DNA from: Hydrolagus colliei
Taxonomy: Eukaryota
Assembly (NCBI GenBank): GCA_035084275.1
Contig: CM068745.1
Coordinates: forward strand, 7,440,001-7,504,000
Reading direction: 5' to 3'
Length of the DNA: 64,000 bases
The notes beneath the pieces were generated by a model. It was given only the letters and a program-made list of their open reading frames with translations, was not told the origin of the DNA and did no database searches. Position numbers and translations under genes: made by a program. Positions 50,050 through 64,000 of this stretch are shown piece by piece (the stretch's first letter is position 1; every line of letters begins with the position of its first letter).

Positions 50050-50880
50050 TTTGATAAGGTGTCTTGTTACGTAGCATCTCGAAGTGCTGCATAAAATGAA
50101 TTATTCCGAATTTAGTGACGATAGTTATCTAGGCAAATGTGGGAGCTAATCTGCACTAGAGATATTTCAACTGCAATGAAATGAATAAGCAAAGTTGATT
50201 TTTTTTTGGTGATTTTAGACGAGAGAGGAATATTGCGGAGAATATAATGGCGAACAACCCATTTTTCAAAACCGTGCCCTGGGGCCTTTAGCACCCATCA
50301 GAAAAGTAGACAGTGTTTCACTCAGTTTACAATCTTAGCTGAACACAGCACATCTAACAATGCAGTGCTCGCTCAGTATTGCGTTGAAATGTCAGCCTCG
50401 ATTATGAATTCAAGTCTGGTGAGGCTTTATCTTTGATACACCAACTCAAAACTAGCTTCCTGTTTAAAACAAAATCATAAAAAACACCCGAAAATAAATA
50501 TTTCATGTCTCGGCAAAAAAATAATATACCAGTGCAATATTGATTTATATTTCTGTACTGCTCTTTGTCTAGGCTGACATTCCAGTGCAGTGCTTGAGAT
50601 GTGCTGCATTGTCAAGTTTGACGCCCTTCGATTTAGATGTTAAAAAGAGATTGCATCTGCCTGTTCAGATAGATGTTAAAGACCTCATGAAACTATTTGG
50701 AAAGAACAAGAAAGTTTTCCTGATGTCCCGGCCAAACAATCTTCCAGATAAAGTCGATCAATCACGTCATGACTGCTTGTGGTGGGGGATGTATGCAAAT
50801 TGGTTGCTGCATTTCTCTCCAAAATATGCTACGAAACACTGAGTCATTTCAGTAGCATTCTTACAATGCTGTATCAAATG
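50050..50880. mobile_element. Two DeuSINE-type fragments in divergent orientation
   Basis: Minus copy ~50050-50420; plus copy ~50570-50880 (AGGCTGACATTCCAGTGCAGTGC...CTGTTCAGATAGATGTTAAAGA). Confidence 0.55.
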
Positions 50881-51613
50881 CACCGTGTTACTGCAACTTG
50901 CCAATGCATAACCTGCGAGAGAACAGGGCAGCTGATTCTTAACAGTGAAATCTTAACAAGTGTGTTTAACATCACATATCTTAAATTGAAACTGAGAAAA
51001 GGGTTATTTTTACTTTTACTTGTCAGCACGATGACACAATCCTAATGACAGCAGAAAGCTGCTTTGTGGTCTGGCAATCGGGATGCTCTCAGTTTGCACA
51101 GTGTGTGCCTATCAATGTCTCACTTGCTTTGTAGTTGTAAACTCATTCCATGCACTCGTCCATTGGACTCAATAAGGCTGCACATCTGTGATATATTGAA
51201 GCTGAATTCTGTGAGTTGCACAATGCTGATGGGGGAAGTTTTGACATTTCGTCAATGAAAACCTAATTTTGCTTTTCACTGATAAAATATATAGATAACT
51301 TTGTTTTTAAGAAAAATAATTTCATTTTTTTGAACAGTATTTTAACTACGGAAGCTAATTTACTTAGCCAAACTGCAGGTCTCGTGAGAACTGAGAGTTC
51401 GCACAGGGAAATACGTAGCAGGCAACACTGCTTTCCTCTGCAAGGTAATGTTAAAGTGACAATGCACAGTATTTGTGTAGGTATATTATGTGCCATATGT
51501 AAAGTCAACTATTTGTGAGCCATATATAAACATGCATACAGAAAGAATTACAAGTAACTTAATTATGTACGAGTAATTAACAAACAAAGGAATTTATTAT
51601 GTAACTAACTGGT

Positions 51614-51982
51614 GGAATCCTGCAGCTCAGTGGTTAGAGCACATGTCTCGCAAGCGAGAGACCTGGGTTCGACCTGGCACTGTGAAATGTTGGGCAAGTT
51701 TAATTGCTCCATAAGCCTCTCTTTGCCTAGAAATAAGTCGGAACCTGGTTGTTATTCGACAGGCGGATGGCTTTTCTGGAGACGAAAATTCCTTCAAAGA
51801 AAAGATGGTCACTTCAATTCACGACTGTTTGTGGGACAGTGTTGTGGGCAATTGGCTGATGGGTTTCACCCATAAAATGTACAGACAATTCACTTTACAG
51901 TATATTCTGTGAAGCGCTTTGAGACGTCTTGAAGATGTGATAAACTGCTATACCAAATGCAAGATTATTATTATTATTATTA
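51614..51982 (+). mobile_element. tRNA-derived SINE, longer variant
   Basis: Head GGAATCCTGCAGCTCAGTGGTTAGAGC; extra segment CCTCTCTTTGCCTAGAAATAAGTCGGAACCTGGTTGTT; (ATT)n tail. Confidence 0.88.
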
Positions 51983-53829
51983 CAATTGGCAAACTTTTCA
52001 TTTTTCAAATGCAGTCTGACCCTGATAGAAAGCCACGGATAACCTTGGACACTATGAACAGCAATATATTTAAATATATTTAACTTCCTCTTCCCAGGGC
52101 TGTCAACTGGGCTTCTGCACTGAGCTCAGAAGTGGTTGACGCTGACCAGCCTTTCTGTACATGATATTCAAGTGCAATGGGGCTTGGTGGCAGTAGTGGC
52201 ACCGACAACCCTGGAATTGCTGACGAGCTGCTCTATAACATGAGCAGTCACATTTAATTACCCAAGTCCCTGTTATGACATGTCGGACTGTGAATTGCCT
52301 GATTTCCTCTGTGCACATGGTGTACAATCTGCCTGTCCTTTGCATTTACATATGGCACAGAATACATGCTTTGCACATCTATTTGAGCCAGATTCCTATT
52401 TTCCACTGCCAAGTCTGTGTTACTGCACTTCACTTTGTGCATATTTATCTTTCGTTTGTAGTTGCAAATTGGTTTTAACCTTGCTGCTGTGATGTGAGGA
52501 AATAAACAACATGTTGATAGCCCTTTCTGACTGCATCATGGACTCCCATTTTTTCTTCCTTCAAAGCAAGCGATTTTAAGCAGATGAGTAAAGAATGATC
52601 AGTCACCCAAAGTAGAAGCCTGACTAATATGGAAAGAACTACGGAAAAGTCACATCCTGGAAGTATTGAGATCAATGTACGTTGAGCCAGTAGATCTTCA
52701 CAGCCTCAGGTTCTGTGGTCATATAGAAGACAGATGGCTATGTCTGACGTCATCTCTTTGATCATTAAACTAAACTCTGCTTCTGGTCATATCCTAGAGA
52801 GAGGTATGGAGGGTATTAATGGCAGTGGTAATGCATCATTATTGAACTGTGTGGAGTATTGCTGATGGACATTTCAGTTACTTAATCTGCATCTGTTTGC
52901 TCGTTGTCAGCTCTTTGCCCACGATTAAGGCAACAAGTTTGGTTTCCTTGTAATGTGCTCACACTTTTCTAACAGGCTTGTTCTAAAAGGGTAAATCGGA
53001 TCTGCCTTAGCAGCCATGATCTTTACTTAATAGTTTATTGATAATTGAGCTGGAAATGGTTCCAAAAATGTATTTGTCTCTTCCACAGCATCAAGTCAAT
53101 AGTTAATAGAAAAATTACCAGAGGTTTTTTTTCCCAACATTAGTGGCTTACTTTACTTAAGGATTTTGTTATTATAAATTACTTATTTAAATTATTGCAT
53201 TATTCATGTTCTTTCTAGATGTCATGTGTACCACAGACTGATAGTGAATACAGACTGACACTTCTCAGCCTGACTGTATTCTAGCACTGACCCTTTGATC
53301 CCTGGATCTTTATAATTTTGCCAGTGAAGTATGTTTACTATCATTTTAAATATATATACAGTATATAAGTAAATTCACGTCTGATTGCCACCACTGTTTA
53401 TTGCTTTAATTGGTCAGACAAATTATATGAAATCATTAAAATATCACCCCCAAAAGATGGAAATCAACTGAGGGTGAATATTATTTATAACATAATCCTT
53501 GCATATCCTTTGTTCTAGAACCTTATCACGTTGTTGAGACATCTCAAAGCATTTGATGTCATATACTGTATTGACTGTATTTTTTGGACGAATGTGGCAG
53601 CCAGTTGCACACAACAACGTGCCACAAACTGCCATGGAGTGTGAGTGACCAATATTATTTAGGGGATTGCTGGCCAGGACACTGGAAGAAACTCCCTTCG
53701 CTCTTTAAATAGTGCCATGAGGTAGTGCCTTGCTCTTGTGTATCCGATTCTGTTTGAAATATTGATAGGGACATTTGCCACTGGTGGCAAAGTGTTGCAT
53801 GTATTAACTTCTTCTTGCATCAGGCGCTG

Positions 53830-54270
53830 GCTGCATCAACCTCCATAGTTGCATACTCAACCTCACCAAGCCAGTCAGGAACCTAGGTGTCTTCTTCAAC
53901 CCTCAATTGTCTTTCCTCCCTCACATTCAAGCAATGACTCACTCTGCCATTCCCTACCTCCGCAACGTTTCCTGATTCCGCATTACCTCACCCCTAAAGC
54001 TGCTGAAACCCTCATCCACCTCTTTGTTACATCCCGGTTCAACTATGCAAATGGCTTGCTGGTTGGCCTTCCTAATTCCTCCCTCCACAGGCTGCAGATA
54101 ATCCAGCTCTCTGCGGCCCATGTCCTCTCCTGTTCCAAACTCTGTGACCCCATCTCCCCCATCCTTGTCCAACTCCATTGGCTCCTCATCATCCAAAGGA
54201 TCCAATTCAAGATCCTGGTCCTCACATTTAAAGCCCTCCACAACCTTGTCCCAGCCTACATCTGTGACCT
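53830..54270 (+). mobile_element. L2 fragment
   Basis: ORF 53849..54337 has AAETLIHLFVTSRFNYAN...LHWLLIIQRIQFKILVLTFKALH. Confidence 0.85.
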
Positions 54271-57200
54271 TGGTCTTCTTTTGACTAGCAACTCTTATGT
54301 TCTTGTATACAAATTGTTCATAGTACAGGTACTGTAATTTGGTTTGATCAGATTATTACCAAGGATTAAAAGACAGATGGTTTCAGTGAGTTGCAGGATT
54401 ACATTTCTTTATGTCATTGTGGGAAATGTTATTGCCTCTTGTGGAGGACCAGAAAAGTAAAAAAATACCATATTAATAATTCACCACATTCTTGAGGAGT
54501 TGTTTTCCTGTGTGATTAGCCGATATCTTTGTCATAATTCATCTCTGAGAATCAATGAAATTCCATGCTACATTTATTCTGCTGAAAGTGAAGCAGTTCA
54601 GCTTCCAGCAGTTGAAAGAATGTAGAAGCCCCTGTCTTAAATTGTATTGGAGCCATAACTAAACTTGACCCCAACTTTGGGGTTTGGGGCATGCACAGCC
54701 TTGCCATTTGCATCACCAACTCTCAACCATGAAAAATACAAAGCTTGAAATTCAGACTGTCTCTTATTCTTCAGGGGGATTGTTTGGTTATTTGAATGCC
54801 TAGGTACATTGCACAATGTGTACCTAAAACCCATCACTCAGCTTAAAAATAACCAGAGTAAGTGTTCCATATATGTGATTGAAATACAATATGCAATTTG
54901 AAATTTCCCTGTATCTGGAATGAAATGGATACTCACTCCTTGGGGTATGGTACCAGAGTATTGGGTGCAGGTTTTATTGTGCCTTGATATAATTTGTTGT
55001 TGTTGGTGAGAGCTTTCAGAGGCCAAATTTAGCTAGATACTTGAAAAGGAAAACATTGCAAGGTGATGGGGAGAGCAAGGGAGTGTAACTGATTGGGTAG
55101 CTCTTCCAAAGAGCTGGTGTAGGCTCGATGGGCAGAATGGTTTCTTTCTATTCTATCATATTCTATGATTCTATGTCAATGTGAAAGTGCAACTGGTATA
55201 GGCTCTCTCCCAATCGATAATGTATGTTTTGTGGGAAATTGTTATGAAATAGCTGAACAGTAAAGTGTAACGGGAAAACTTAAATGTTGCATGGTGAATT
55301 ATCTTTGATTAAATCATAGAACAATCTTTGTTCTCTATTGTGTTTTTCCATTTGAGTACATTAAGGAAAAGCTAATTTACTTAGATGGATATTAAGGAAA
55401 AGCTCATTTACATAGATGTGTACTTTTGGTTTAATGGTTCATTACCAGTATATACTTGTAACTGACAATATTGTGCAATGTACCTAGAGGTTTCTCAGGT
55501 TAGTAATGATCCTTAATCTTTGTTTTGTGATTTTCTGTTTTGTTATATTAATAAAAGCTCATTACATAACTCTTCACTATTATTTACTGACAGTGTAGTG
55601 CAATGTGCTGTGTAAATCTGCAGAATATGTTCATGCTTTGTGCATCCAGTGTCATTGGGTCAAGGGTATCGAGCAACACTCTTCCTCGATGAATCTAACG
55701 GCGAGAGGAAAGTTAAGTAAAGAACAATTCACCAATCGATTGAGTACTTCCATCATCTCGTAAAGGATCTGGTTACATAATTGAGTGAAATTAGCAGCAT
55801 TCCTTGTAATAAATATAAATATTTGAAATCTCTTGCAGTTCAATATTTCATGTCATGCTGAGTAATCCTTCCTTTTAATTTCTGCCCTACCCTGACTTAC
55901 CTCCTTTGAGATCCTCCAGTTTCACACAGTTCCAGCAGTATTATTTTGTAGGCATTTCATCCACAAAATATACAGTCGATTCACTTTACAGTTGATTCTG
56001 TGAAGGTCTTTGAGTCGTCCCAAAGTCATGATAAGACACTAAATCAAAGTATTATTATGGAGCCATCTTATAAATGTACAGTGCCGGCCATACTTTAGCC
56101 CCCTGTCCTGCAGGCAACTTTTAATGGCAGCAAGGACACACAAGAAGAGGATACTAATTTCATTCAGATTTAAATACTGACCTTTATAATCAGAGCAGCA
56201 TTTTGGAAGGAGGATTTTGTTTTGCCGAGGCCTCTGAGAGAGGGGAATCTTCTAACCCCTTCCCCACTACCACAGCACCTGACTGTTCAGCTTGGGATGT
56301 CCTCTGCATAGATATATATATATATAGATGTCATTCTGTTGTTACATTTCCGGGGAGTTTCACAGCAACTTAAGCTTTGCACAGCAACTTAGGCCTATGG
56401 CAAAGCTGCCAGGTTAATCACTGGAAGAGTTTGCTCTCCGCAGACACAAACTGCTGATGTGTGTGCGTTTTATAAATATGGCCTCAGCAAAGATCAGCAA
56501 AATATCTTCATTGGACACTTTAGGAAAATATTTCCAAGGTGAATTGCATCATTTGAAATACAGCCAACTTATTTTCAGTGTGACAGTACTTCTATTAAGA
56601 CCAATTAATAGGATTGATGGTGCTTTTTGTAGCTGAATGCAAAGTAGAGTATGTCTGGCAATGTCTGACAGTCTTTGTCTGTCATAGGAACAGTGCTGGA
56701 CGCCTAAAAGTTAAAAGGCTGCTTTATGTTCTCAGATAGTCGTGAGTTCTATAGCATTTGTTTCAAAAGCTACAATTAGATAGAGGGAATGTTTTTCCTC
56801 TTTTAATTCGGATGTTTTGCATCTGAATAAGAGGGAGGGCTTGAAATTGAGGCCTGGTGGTTTAATAGAAAATCAAATTTGAATGTAAAATCAAACTTTG
56901 AACAATTGTATGCCGTGCTTGAAATTTTTACTTCTGATCCTTTATTTGCCTCTCTCAAATGTTGTACTAACGCTGTTGGATTAAGTGTGCAGACTCAGGT
57001 TGCCATGCCAACAGCTGTTTGAGTTTCAAAAGCTGCAGAGTAAATCAAAAAGCTTGTTCAACTAAATTTGATCTCTGGTCAAGACAGCATAGGAACAAGA
57101 AGAGGCCATTCAGCCATTGTTCCTGTTTCACCAATTTATCAGATCATTGCAAATCTTATGATCCAATTTCTCTACATTTCGCCATTTATTTACCTTTACA

Positions 57201-57610
57201 TCATTACTTCCTGAGTATTTACTTTTTCTCTTGTATACGTGTCCATTGATTCTGCACTGATGGTCTTCTGGCATAAAAAGTAAGCAAAGCTGACTGCTTG
57301 ATCTTAATAATATTATCACTATTGTATGTTTGTCTTGACAATTCAGGCCAAATTCATTGTCAGTGGCCTACTTGTAACCTTATAATGTCTCCCAGTTGTT
57401 CTAACTTCAAAAATATGGATACCACCCTGTGGTAGAAGCATCAACAAAGTACTGTATCATTTTTTTCTCCTTCCAATTGCACATTTTTTCTTGAAGGTAC
57501 AGTACTAATATTGGTGGGGATACAGTTCTACGTAGGATAAGTAACATCCATTACCGTACCTTAAATCACTGTTTGATATTTGAGTTGAAAGCCAGCATAG
57601 CTCAGTCTGA

Positions 57611-57823
57611 AACAAAAACGCAAAATACTGTAGATGCTGGAAATCTGAAACAAAAGCAGAAATCGCTGGGAACACTCAGCAGGTCAGACAAGGATCTGTG
57701 GAGAAAGGAAAAGTGATTCAACGTTGACCAAGGGTCATGGACCCGAAATGTTGACTCACTTTTCCTTTCTCCATAGATGCTGCCTGACTTGCTGAGTGTT
57801 CCCAGCGATTTCTATTTCGTTGC
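57611..57823. mobile_element. Short foldback PLE (inverted pseudo-LTR halves)
   Basis: Minus arm 57611-57725, plus arm ~57725-57823; TSD AGCTCAGTCTGA (57599-57610) and AGCTCAATCTGA (57824-57835). Confidence 0.85.
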
Positions 57824-59892
57824 AGCTCAATCTGATTCTGCTTTGCTCAATGCCCATACATGTGCATTCTACAGGAGTACTCGCTAGAGAGCAATGAGGA
57901 ATGGGTAGCTTGAGTGCTTTAGTTTTCCTCTCCCAGGACAAGATATACTTGGGTCAATTGTAATCCTCTTACACCTACAGTGGCAGACACTGGTGATCAA
58001 ATCAGTAACCTTCCGGATCTGTATTGGTAAATTCCACATTGGCCAATGCTTCATCACTTCAGTTGTTGATCATTAATACATTTATTTCGGTCTCATTATT
58101 TATCCCTCATCGTTCTCTTCCAACTCGATGTGGAGTGAATGCAAATGGAGTGAAACTTGCATGTTGTCTTTACCATGATATTTTGCAAAGTCGAAAACCA
58201 GACGAAAGAAAATTGATGGCTTCCATTTTGACAATTTATTTTAAGACTAAATGATGAAATGGTCATATTGATGATGATTATTATGAACAAAAGATAATGT
58301 TGTGTTGTGTATGTTTTTCATTTTGGACATATCCAGACAGACCATTAAAGAAACAGTCATGCCTTTTCGTTTTCCCGAAATATACTTTAATATTTCAAGG
58401 GCCATTGTTTCACTGCATGAGTGGATATACTTTTTTTAAAGAAAAACACAGAAAATTCACATTGAACATCATTTCAATGTGAATTTGATGAATGGGAATG
58501 AATGCATGGATTAATGGCTCAATGTGTTCTGCTTCCCATTGTTCCTCACTGAGAGCTGTATTTTATTTAAACCGTCTACCTTTTCCCATGTTGAAGTAGC
58601 ACTGCAATCTACCCATCATTCCTACGCTGCAGCCGTTTAAAAACCTGTAAGAAACTCTGGCTGCCCTTTGGCATTTTCTTCACTCCTCTGTTTGTTGCTT
58701 GTCTACTTGTTTCCAGGCCACTTAGCTTGGCTCTTTCAATTGTAAGTAATCTTTTCCCCATGTTTATGGAAAGGGAAAGTGTGAATTTCAGTGCTGAGTG
58801 CTAAAAGTTGCATTCCCTGAGGATACCGATAAAATTAGACACACGAAAATGACATCTGCTGCACCAAGCGTGGCTTGTGTCACTACAGTGTAGCCTAATG
58901 CAGCAAGGCAAAAATCACCTTTAATTTTCTGGTAGAGAGACTTCCAGATTATACCTCCTGGGAGAATTCAGCAACATTATTATTATTATTTGATATCTCC
59001 TTTTTTTTTCCAGTTACTGTCCAATTCTGTTTGCATGCAGGCACAGTAATTGTGTAGGTTTAAATAATTCTACTTAAAAAAAACGCCGGATTTCCCAGAG
59101 AATCCCCTAAAGTTGTTAATACTAATGCCACAAATTCTGAAGTTTAAAATTATATTTAACAATTGTCATGCCTGAAAGCAATGTAGGACATTTTACAACA
59201 TGCATTTATAGCAGTGTAATAAGGTAGTGGTGGCAGTTTAGAAAATATATATATATACATGTATATCAGATATATATATATATCCATAATTGATGCTTCC
59301 CACATGCATTCCGTTGGTAAGGTCAGAATATATCTTTCTTTATTTTTCCCACAGATTTTTTTCCTTCGACAGCATTTGCCGGCATTCTGCTCTAGAATGC
59401 TAGGTAGCCTCCGCTAGCACATGCAAGTGGCCATTTCTAAAGTGTGAGTTAGGACATCAGCAAGCTATTTAATTGTCGAAGGCCAGACTGGCTTGAGCTG
59501 ACTTCCATGCGTGCGAACTTTGCAGTGAAAGTTATTTGCTTGTAATCTGGAGTGTCACTCCGATTTAGATCACTCCCACCCCACAACCACCTTGTGATAT
59601 TCCATTTATCATGCCGATTTCACAACCAGTGGCTTTTTTAATGCAATGTGCAAAAATGACTGTGAAATCTTTATGGAATATATATGCCAACAACTTGCAT
59701 TTACCAGGCACTGTCTTGGAGCACTTAAATAACATGAAGACTCGATTTTCCTCTAAAACAAATACTTTACCCAATTATATCTAAATTCAACGCAGCAAGC
59801 AGAATTTGTTTGAGTTGTTTTGCGACATGAAAAGTGGTCGATTTTTATTGTAACGTATAGAAATAGGTTTTCCTCACAGCTTTTCACTCATC

Positions 59893-60906
59893 CTGTGATA
59901 ACAAGCTTCAGGTAAAGTAATCACAAAGAGAAATATATATTTCCTGTTGAGAAAAATGCAATTGTAACTGTGTTATGCACATATACAGGATCACTTATTT
60001 GCCTATATAGTGGAGGTCAGTTGTTTGTCGATACAGGAGTATCAGCAAAACTATTAATCTGTGCTGAGAGTTAACTATTTGCTGTGTAACACTGTGTACT
60101 GGTGATGTTTTATTCCTCATTCTTATTTATTTACATTTTTAATTGTTCTATTTAATGTACAGTCACTACACTTTACCACATATCCTGTGAAACATTTTGA
60201 GATGTCTCAAAGATGTGATAAGGAGCCATATTAAATGTAAGGATTGGTATTATTGGTATCTGCGTTCATTTCAAAAGGTTTAGAATACAAGAGTAGGGAA
60301 GTCTTGCTGCAACTGTATAGGGCTTTGGTGAGACCGCACCTAGAGTATTGTGTGCAGTTTTGGTCTCCTTATTTAAAAAAAGGACATACTTGCCTTAGAG
60401 GGGGTGCAGCGTAGATTCACTAGGTTAGTTCCTGGGATGAGGGGGCTGACCTATGAGGATAGATTGAATAAACTAGGGCTGTACTCTCTAGAGTACAGAA
60501 GAATTAGGGGGGATCTTATTGAAACATATAAGATTCTTAAAGGGCTGGATAAAGTAGATATTGAGGGACTGTTTCCCCTGGTAGGAGAACCTATAACCAG
60601 GGTCACAGTCTTAAAATTAATGGTCAGCCTTTTAGAACGGAGTTGAGGAAACATTTCTTCACTCTGAGGGTAGTGAATTTATGGAATTCACTACCCCAGA
60701 AGGCTGTGGATGCTCAGTCCCTTAACATGTTCAAGGCTGAGACTGATAAAAAAAAAAAAAATTAAATGGAGGGATTAGTGGATATGGGGGATATGGCAGG
60801 TAATTAGAGTTAGGTCAGAAGAAATGCCATGATCTTATTGAATGGCGGGGCAGGCTCGAAGGGCCGAATGGCCTACTCCTGCTCCTAATTCTTATGGTCT
60901 TATGAT
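59893..60906 (+). repeat. ~1-kb inverted duplicate, copy B
   Basis: Reverse complement of 15011-16001. Confidence 0.93.
60261..60906 (+). mobile_element. CR1 LINE 3' fragment
   Basis: ORF 60404..60646 has [11 protein letters not shown]...[11 protein letters not shown]; same 5' truncation point as the 15011-15645 copy. Confidence 0.92.
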
Positions 60907-63212
60907 TATCAGTACCTGTTTTAACAGAGCACCATGCAATTCAGTATTGTAATGCAGTAAAGTTGATGTTGTTGCTATGGTTTCCATTGGTAACCTACAC
61001 AGAGGGTTCATAGTTACAGCAATTTCCGTTACTCTCCGCATATGAAATTTTAATTGCATTAATTCCAATGGTGAAGAAATTCCTTTCTGCTCACAAGGTT
61101 GATTTGACTGAAGAAGACCCTTCAGTCCATCTGTTGTCATCCTTCCTACCTCCCTTCCATGTTTCCATCATAGCATCAAGGAATGTTTCCCCAAATGCGT
61201 TCCAATATCCCAGCCTTAATCATCTTCCTGTCAACTTCAGTATTTCTGTTTAAATCAACTTTGGGAGAGGCAGTTTGGATAGAAATATTTTCCCCTAGAC
61301 ATTCTTTCTCTTTTTAAAGAATTGTCCGCAGCTCATGTTAATTCTTATATCATTCCCTTGGAGACAATCTGACAACCCATCAAAATTATATGTACTTCTG
61401 CACTCCGTCTGATGAGACAGGAGGAAGTTTGAACACTTTAAGTGCTCTGGTACGTCACCCCACATTGAAGGGTGTGATACAAATGCATGTTGTCACATTA
61501 AAGTGCTGTAACATGAATGCAATACTTTGAATTAAAGGAACACTCTATATATGGAGATCTAAATCACTTATACAAAATCATCGAGCTGTTTATCTTTTCG
61601 AAGATGAATGAGACATTAAATGAATATCGACGTTAATTGAAAAATTATTTAATTTAATATCAACCTGCATGTGCCGTTCTCAAATCCATTCCTTTGCACT
61701 GGCTGCCATCATTTATAATAATAATCCTTGCATTTGCTGTAGAGCTTTTCACGTCCTGTAGCTGTCTCAAAGCGTCTTCACAGAATATTCTTATACCATA
61801 TTACAGAATGTGGCATCTCACATGAGTCTTACAGCAGCAGATTTGAATGAATCCAGACTTTTACAGAAAAACAGAAAATATACGTGTCTATGCGGTTCTA
61901 ATATCAACAACAACGACAAAATTACATTCATAGAGCGCCTTTCACGTCGGGAGGATGTCAAGCTTGATGCGTGTAAATCTGCAAATGAAAGCTCTTTGAC
62001 AGTCACTGGATGAGTGACATGAGTAAGGTTCAAAAGGTCATCAAAGTTTCTTCTGACATAGTACAGTTCTGTACTTGACAAGATTCAGTTCCCCTTGTGC
62101 AGTGCATGCTTGATGAAGTAATGGTACACACACTATGGACCAGAGGCATTAAGCAGTAACCATAATGAACTGGAAAATGAGCATTATTGCTGAGGTGCTG
62201 TGGTTTAGATTAGGTTTAAACGCTCAACCTCACCTTTATTTTCAGACCGAATCTGGCCTGCATTATTCAGTAATGCAGAACTTCTCATTCATTATTGCTT
62301 AAATGTAATTTCCATAGAGAAACTGTCAAGGAGAAGATTTAATTACAGTTGAATGGGTTGGTCTGAAAGGTTATCTAAATTGCATGTTATTTGCCAGCTT
62401 TGCCATCAACCTTGCTATTTCCCTCTTTATCTTTGCCTTACATGCATGAGAGTGCTGGTCCCTTGTGCACAGCTAATTAATTCATACCAGGGTGAGAAAA
62501 ACACAAGCATTTTTGAATTATTGACTAAAGGAATAAGGAAAATAAGGTTCGGCTTTAAAGGCTTTTAGCCCTTCAATCACCAGTTGCCGCAGCTTGTCAG
62601 AAACAATAGTGCTACTTCTGTTAATTGTTCTCTTGTGAATACTGTACCACTATGAATGCTGTTTTGCAGGTCTATTAGATGCTTAAAAGAGTTGACTCAC
62701 ATGGGGCTTGACATTCTGAGTTCTGGCTTTTGTCTGGCACAAAAAAATCAACATTAATCTGTTACAAAGTGTGGAGGCTTTGCCTCTTCTCTCCTTTTCT
62801 CTGACCTGCTCATTATCTTTCGTACTGGTGTTGCATTGCAGTTAAAAGACGTAATTACAGTGATTATATGCACCGCACAATGAGGAAGGAGCCATTTGCG
62901 GACAAGCACCTAAGCAATGCTGTCAGCCCTTTGTCAAGTTTAAGCACTAACAAGACACAAGCCATTCTAGCACCAGGGAATAAATGTTGCTGGGAATTCT
63001 GCCAAAGTAGAAATGCAGCTGAGATTTTCACTCTCAGCTGGATCTTACCTCTACATTTCCAGCCTAAGACTGAACCTTCTTTACAAATAAAAATTAAGGT
63101 TAACCCAGAATATTGAAGATGAAAGGATCTTGAGCTGGGTATTATTGAAGGAAAACAAGTTATAGAACTTTGTGATTGATTTTTTTTAATACAGAAGGTT
63201 ATTGGGACATGA

Positions 63213-63490
63213 GAACAACAACAAATCACACTTGTATAGTGCCTTTCATGTTGAGAGGACATCTCGAAGCGTTGGACAGTCAGGAAATTGGATCCATGCA
63301 GAGTTGGGATCAATAGTGGTAGAGGGCATGGAATGTTGGGGTGATCAAAGGCGCGGTCGAAGAGGAGGGTCTTGACAATGCCTTGAAGGAGTAAGGTAAG
63401 CAAGGTGAAGTGTCTGTGGGATGGAGTCCCAAAGGATGGGGGTGGAGAGATAGAAGGCCTGACCGCTGATGGTGGGGCAGGCTGGGCAGG
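63213..63490 (-). mobile_element. L2 3' fragment
   Basis: Tail TATAGTGCCTTTCATGTTGAGAGGACATC; KTLLFDRAF in ORF 62864..63403. Confidence 0.75.
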
Positions 63491-64000
63491 GAACGTGGAT
63501 CAAGTGGTTGAAACACTTTTCCTTCCTTCTCTCCGCACTTTTACAGCTTGCCTTAAGATCTTTCCCTCCTTAGGATCTGATGTTTTTGGTCATTTCCCCC
63601 CATAAAGGATTGCTTGCTTGGCTTGTTGCTCCGATTTCATGATCTCAGAGATCAGCGTTTAAGTGTAAGTAGAAATGGCATACCAACCTATTCTTTAGCA
63701 CACATGATGCCTCAAGAATTGAAAAAATGACCAAAAACGCTAAACAGTATGGCATGAAAAAAGTTAATAGAATCCCAAATAGAAGCAAACTACTGTGGGT
63801 GGGGGCGGAGAGAGAGTGTTCAGTTCCACAGCTCGTCTTTTGGAATGACTGGAAAATATTGCATTTCATAACAGATTAGGTAGCACATTTGCTGATTGTT
63901 GAATCTATTATGAAAAGTCACATTTTTCACCCTGTAGTTTATTTTTCCCGTTTCTTCCAGCTGCTACTGTGCATTTTGAAAGGCAAGAGCAATTCACTTT

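Noticed and set aside
52101-52141. miRNA hairpin GTCAAC...CTTCTG...CAGAAG...GTTGAC
   Set aside because: Stem too short for a Drosha substrate and no recognisable mature miRNA.
15011-60906. A single 46-kb giant transposon bounded by 1-kb TIRs
   Set aside because: The arms are built from CR1/SINE pieces, no TSD lies outside them and there is no transposase or other cargo gene; the interior is ordinary genomic DNA.

Overview
Vertebrate non-coding DNA (large intron or gene desert), inferred from its repeat repertoire to be cartilaginous fish, probably holocephalan. It contains abundant L2 and CR1 LINE fragments, a young tRNA-derived SINE, older DeuSINE-type SINEs and Penelope-like retroelement (PLE) remnants. 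I recognise no host protein-coding exon. Every ORF I can assign to a protein family is a decayed retroelement frame; the rest look like low-complexity or chance frames. There is one assembly gap (11090-11352). Most notable: (i) a foldback PLE carrying two intact-looking minimal hammerhead ribozymes, plus short PLE copies that start or invert at the ribozyme and mostly carry ~12-bp target-site duplications (TSDs); (ii) three local duplications that include apparently unique DNA, each with a different mechanistic signature (123-bp inverted copy with an 11-bp flanking duplication; ~490-bp SINE-anchored direct copy; ~1-kb inverted copy ending exactly at a CR1 3' tail); (iii) several non-autonomous DNA transposons, three with clear TSDs, including one with internal telomeric repeats and one carrying a G-rich minisatellite; (iv) repeat-free, TAAT-rich blocks that may be conserved non-coding enhancers. 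All alignments were done by eye, so coordinates of decayed repeats are approximate.
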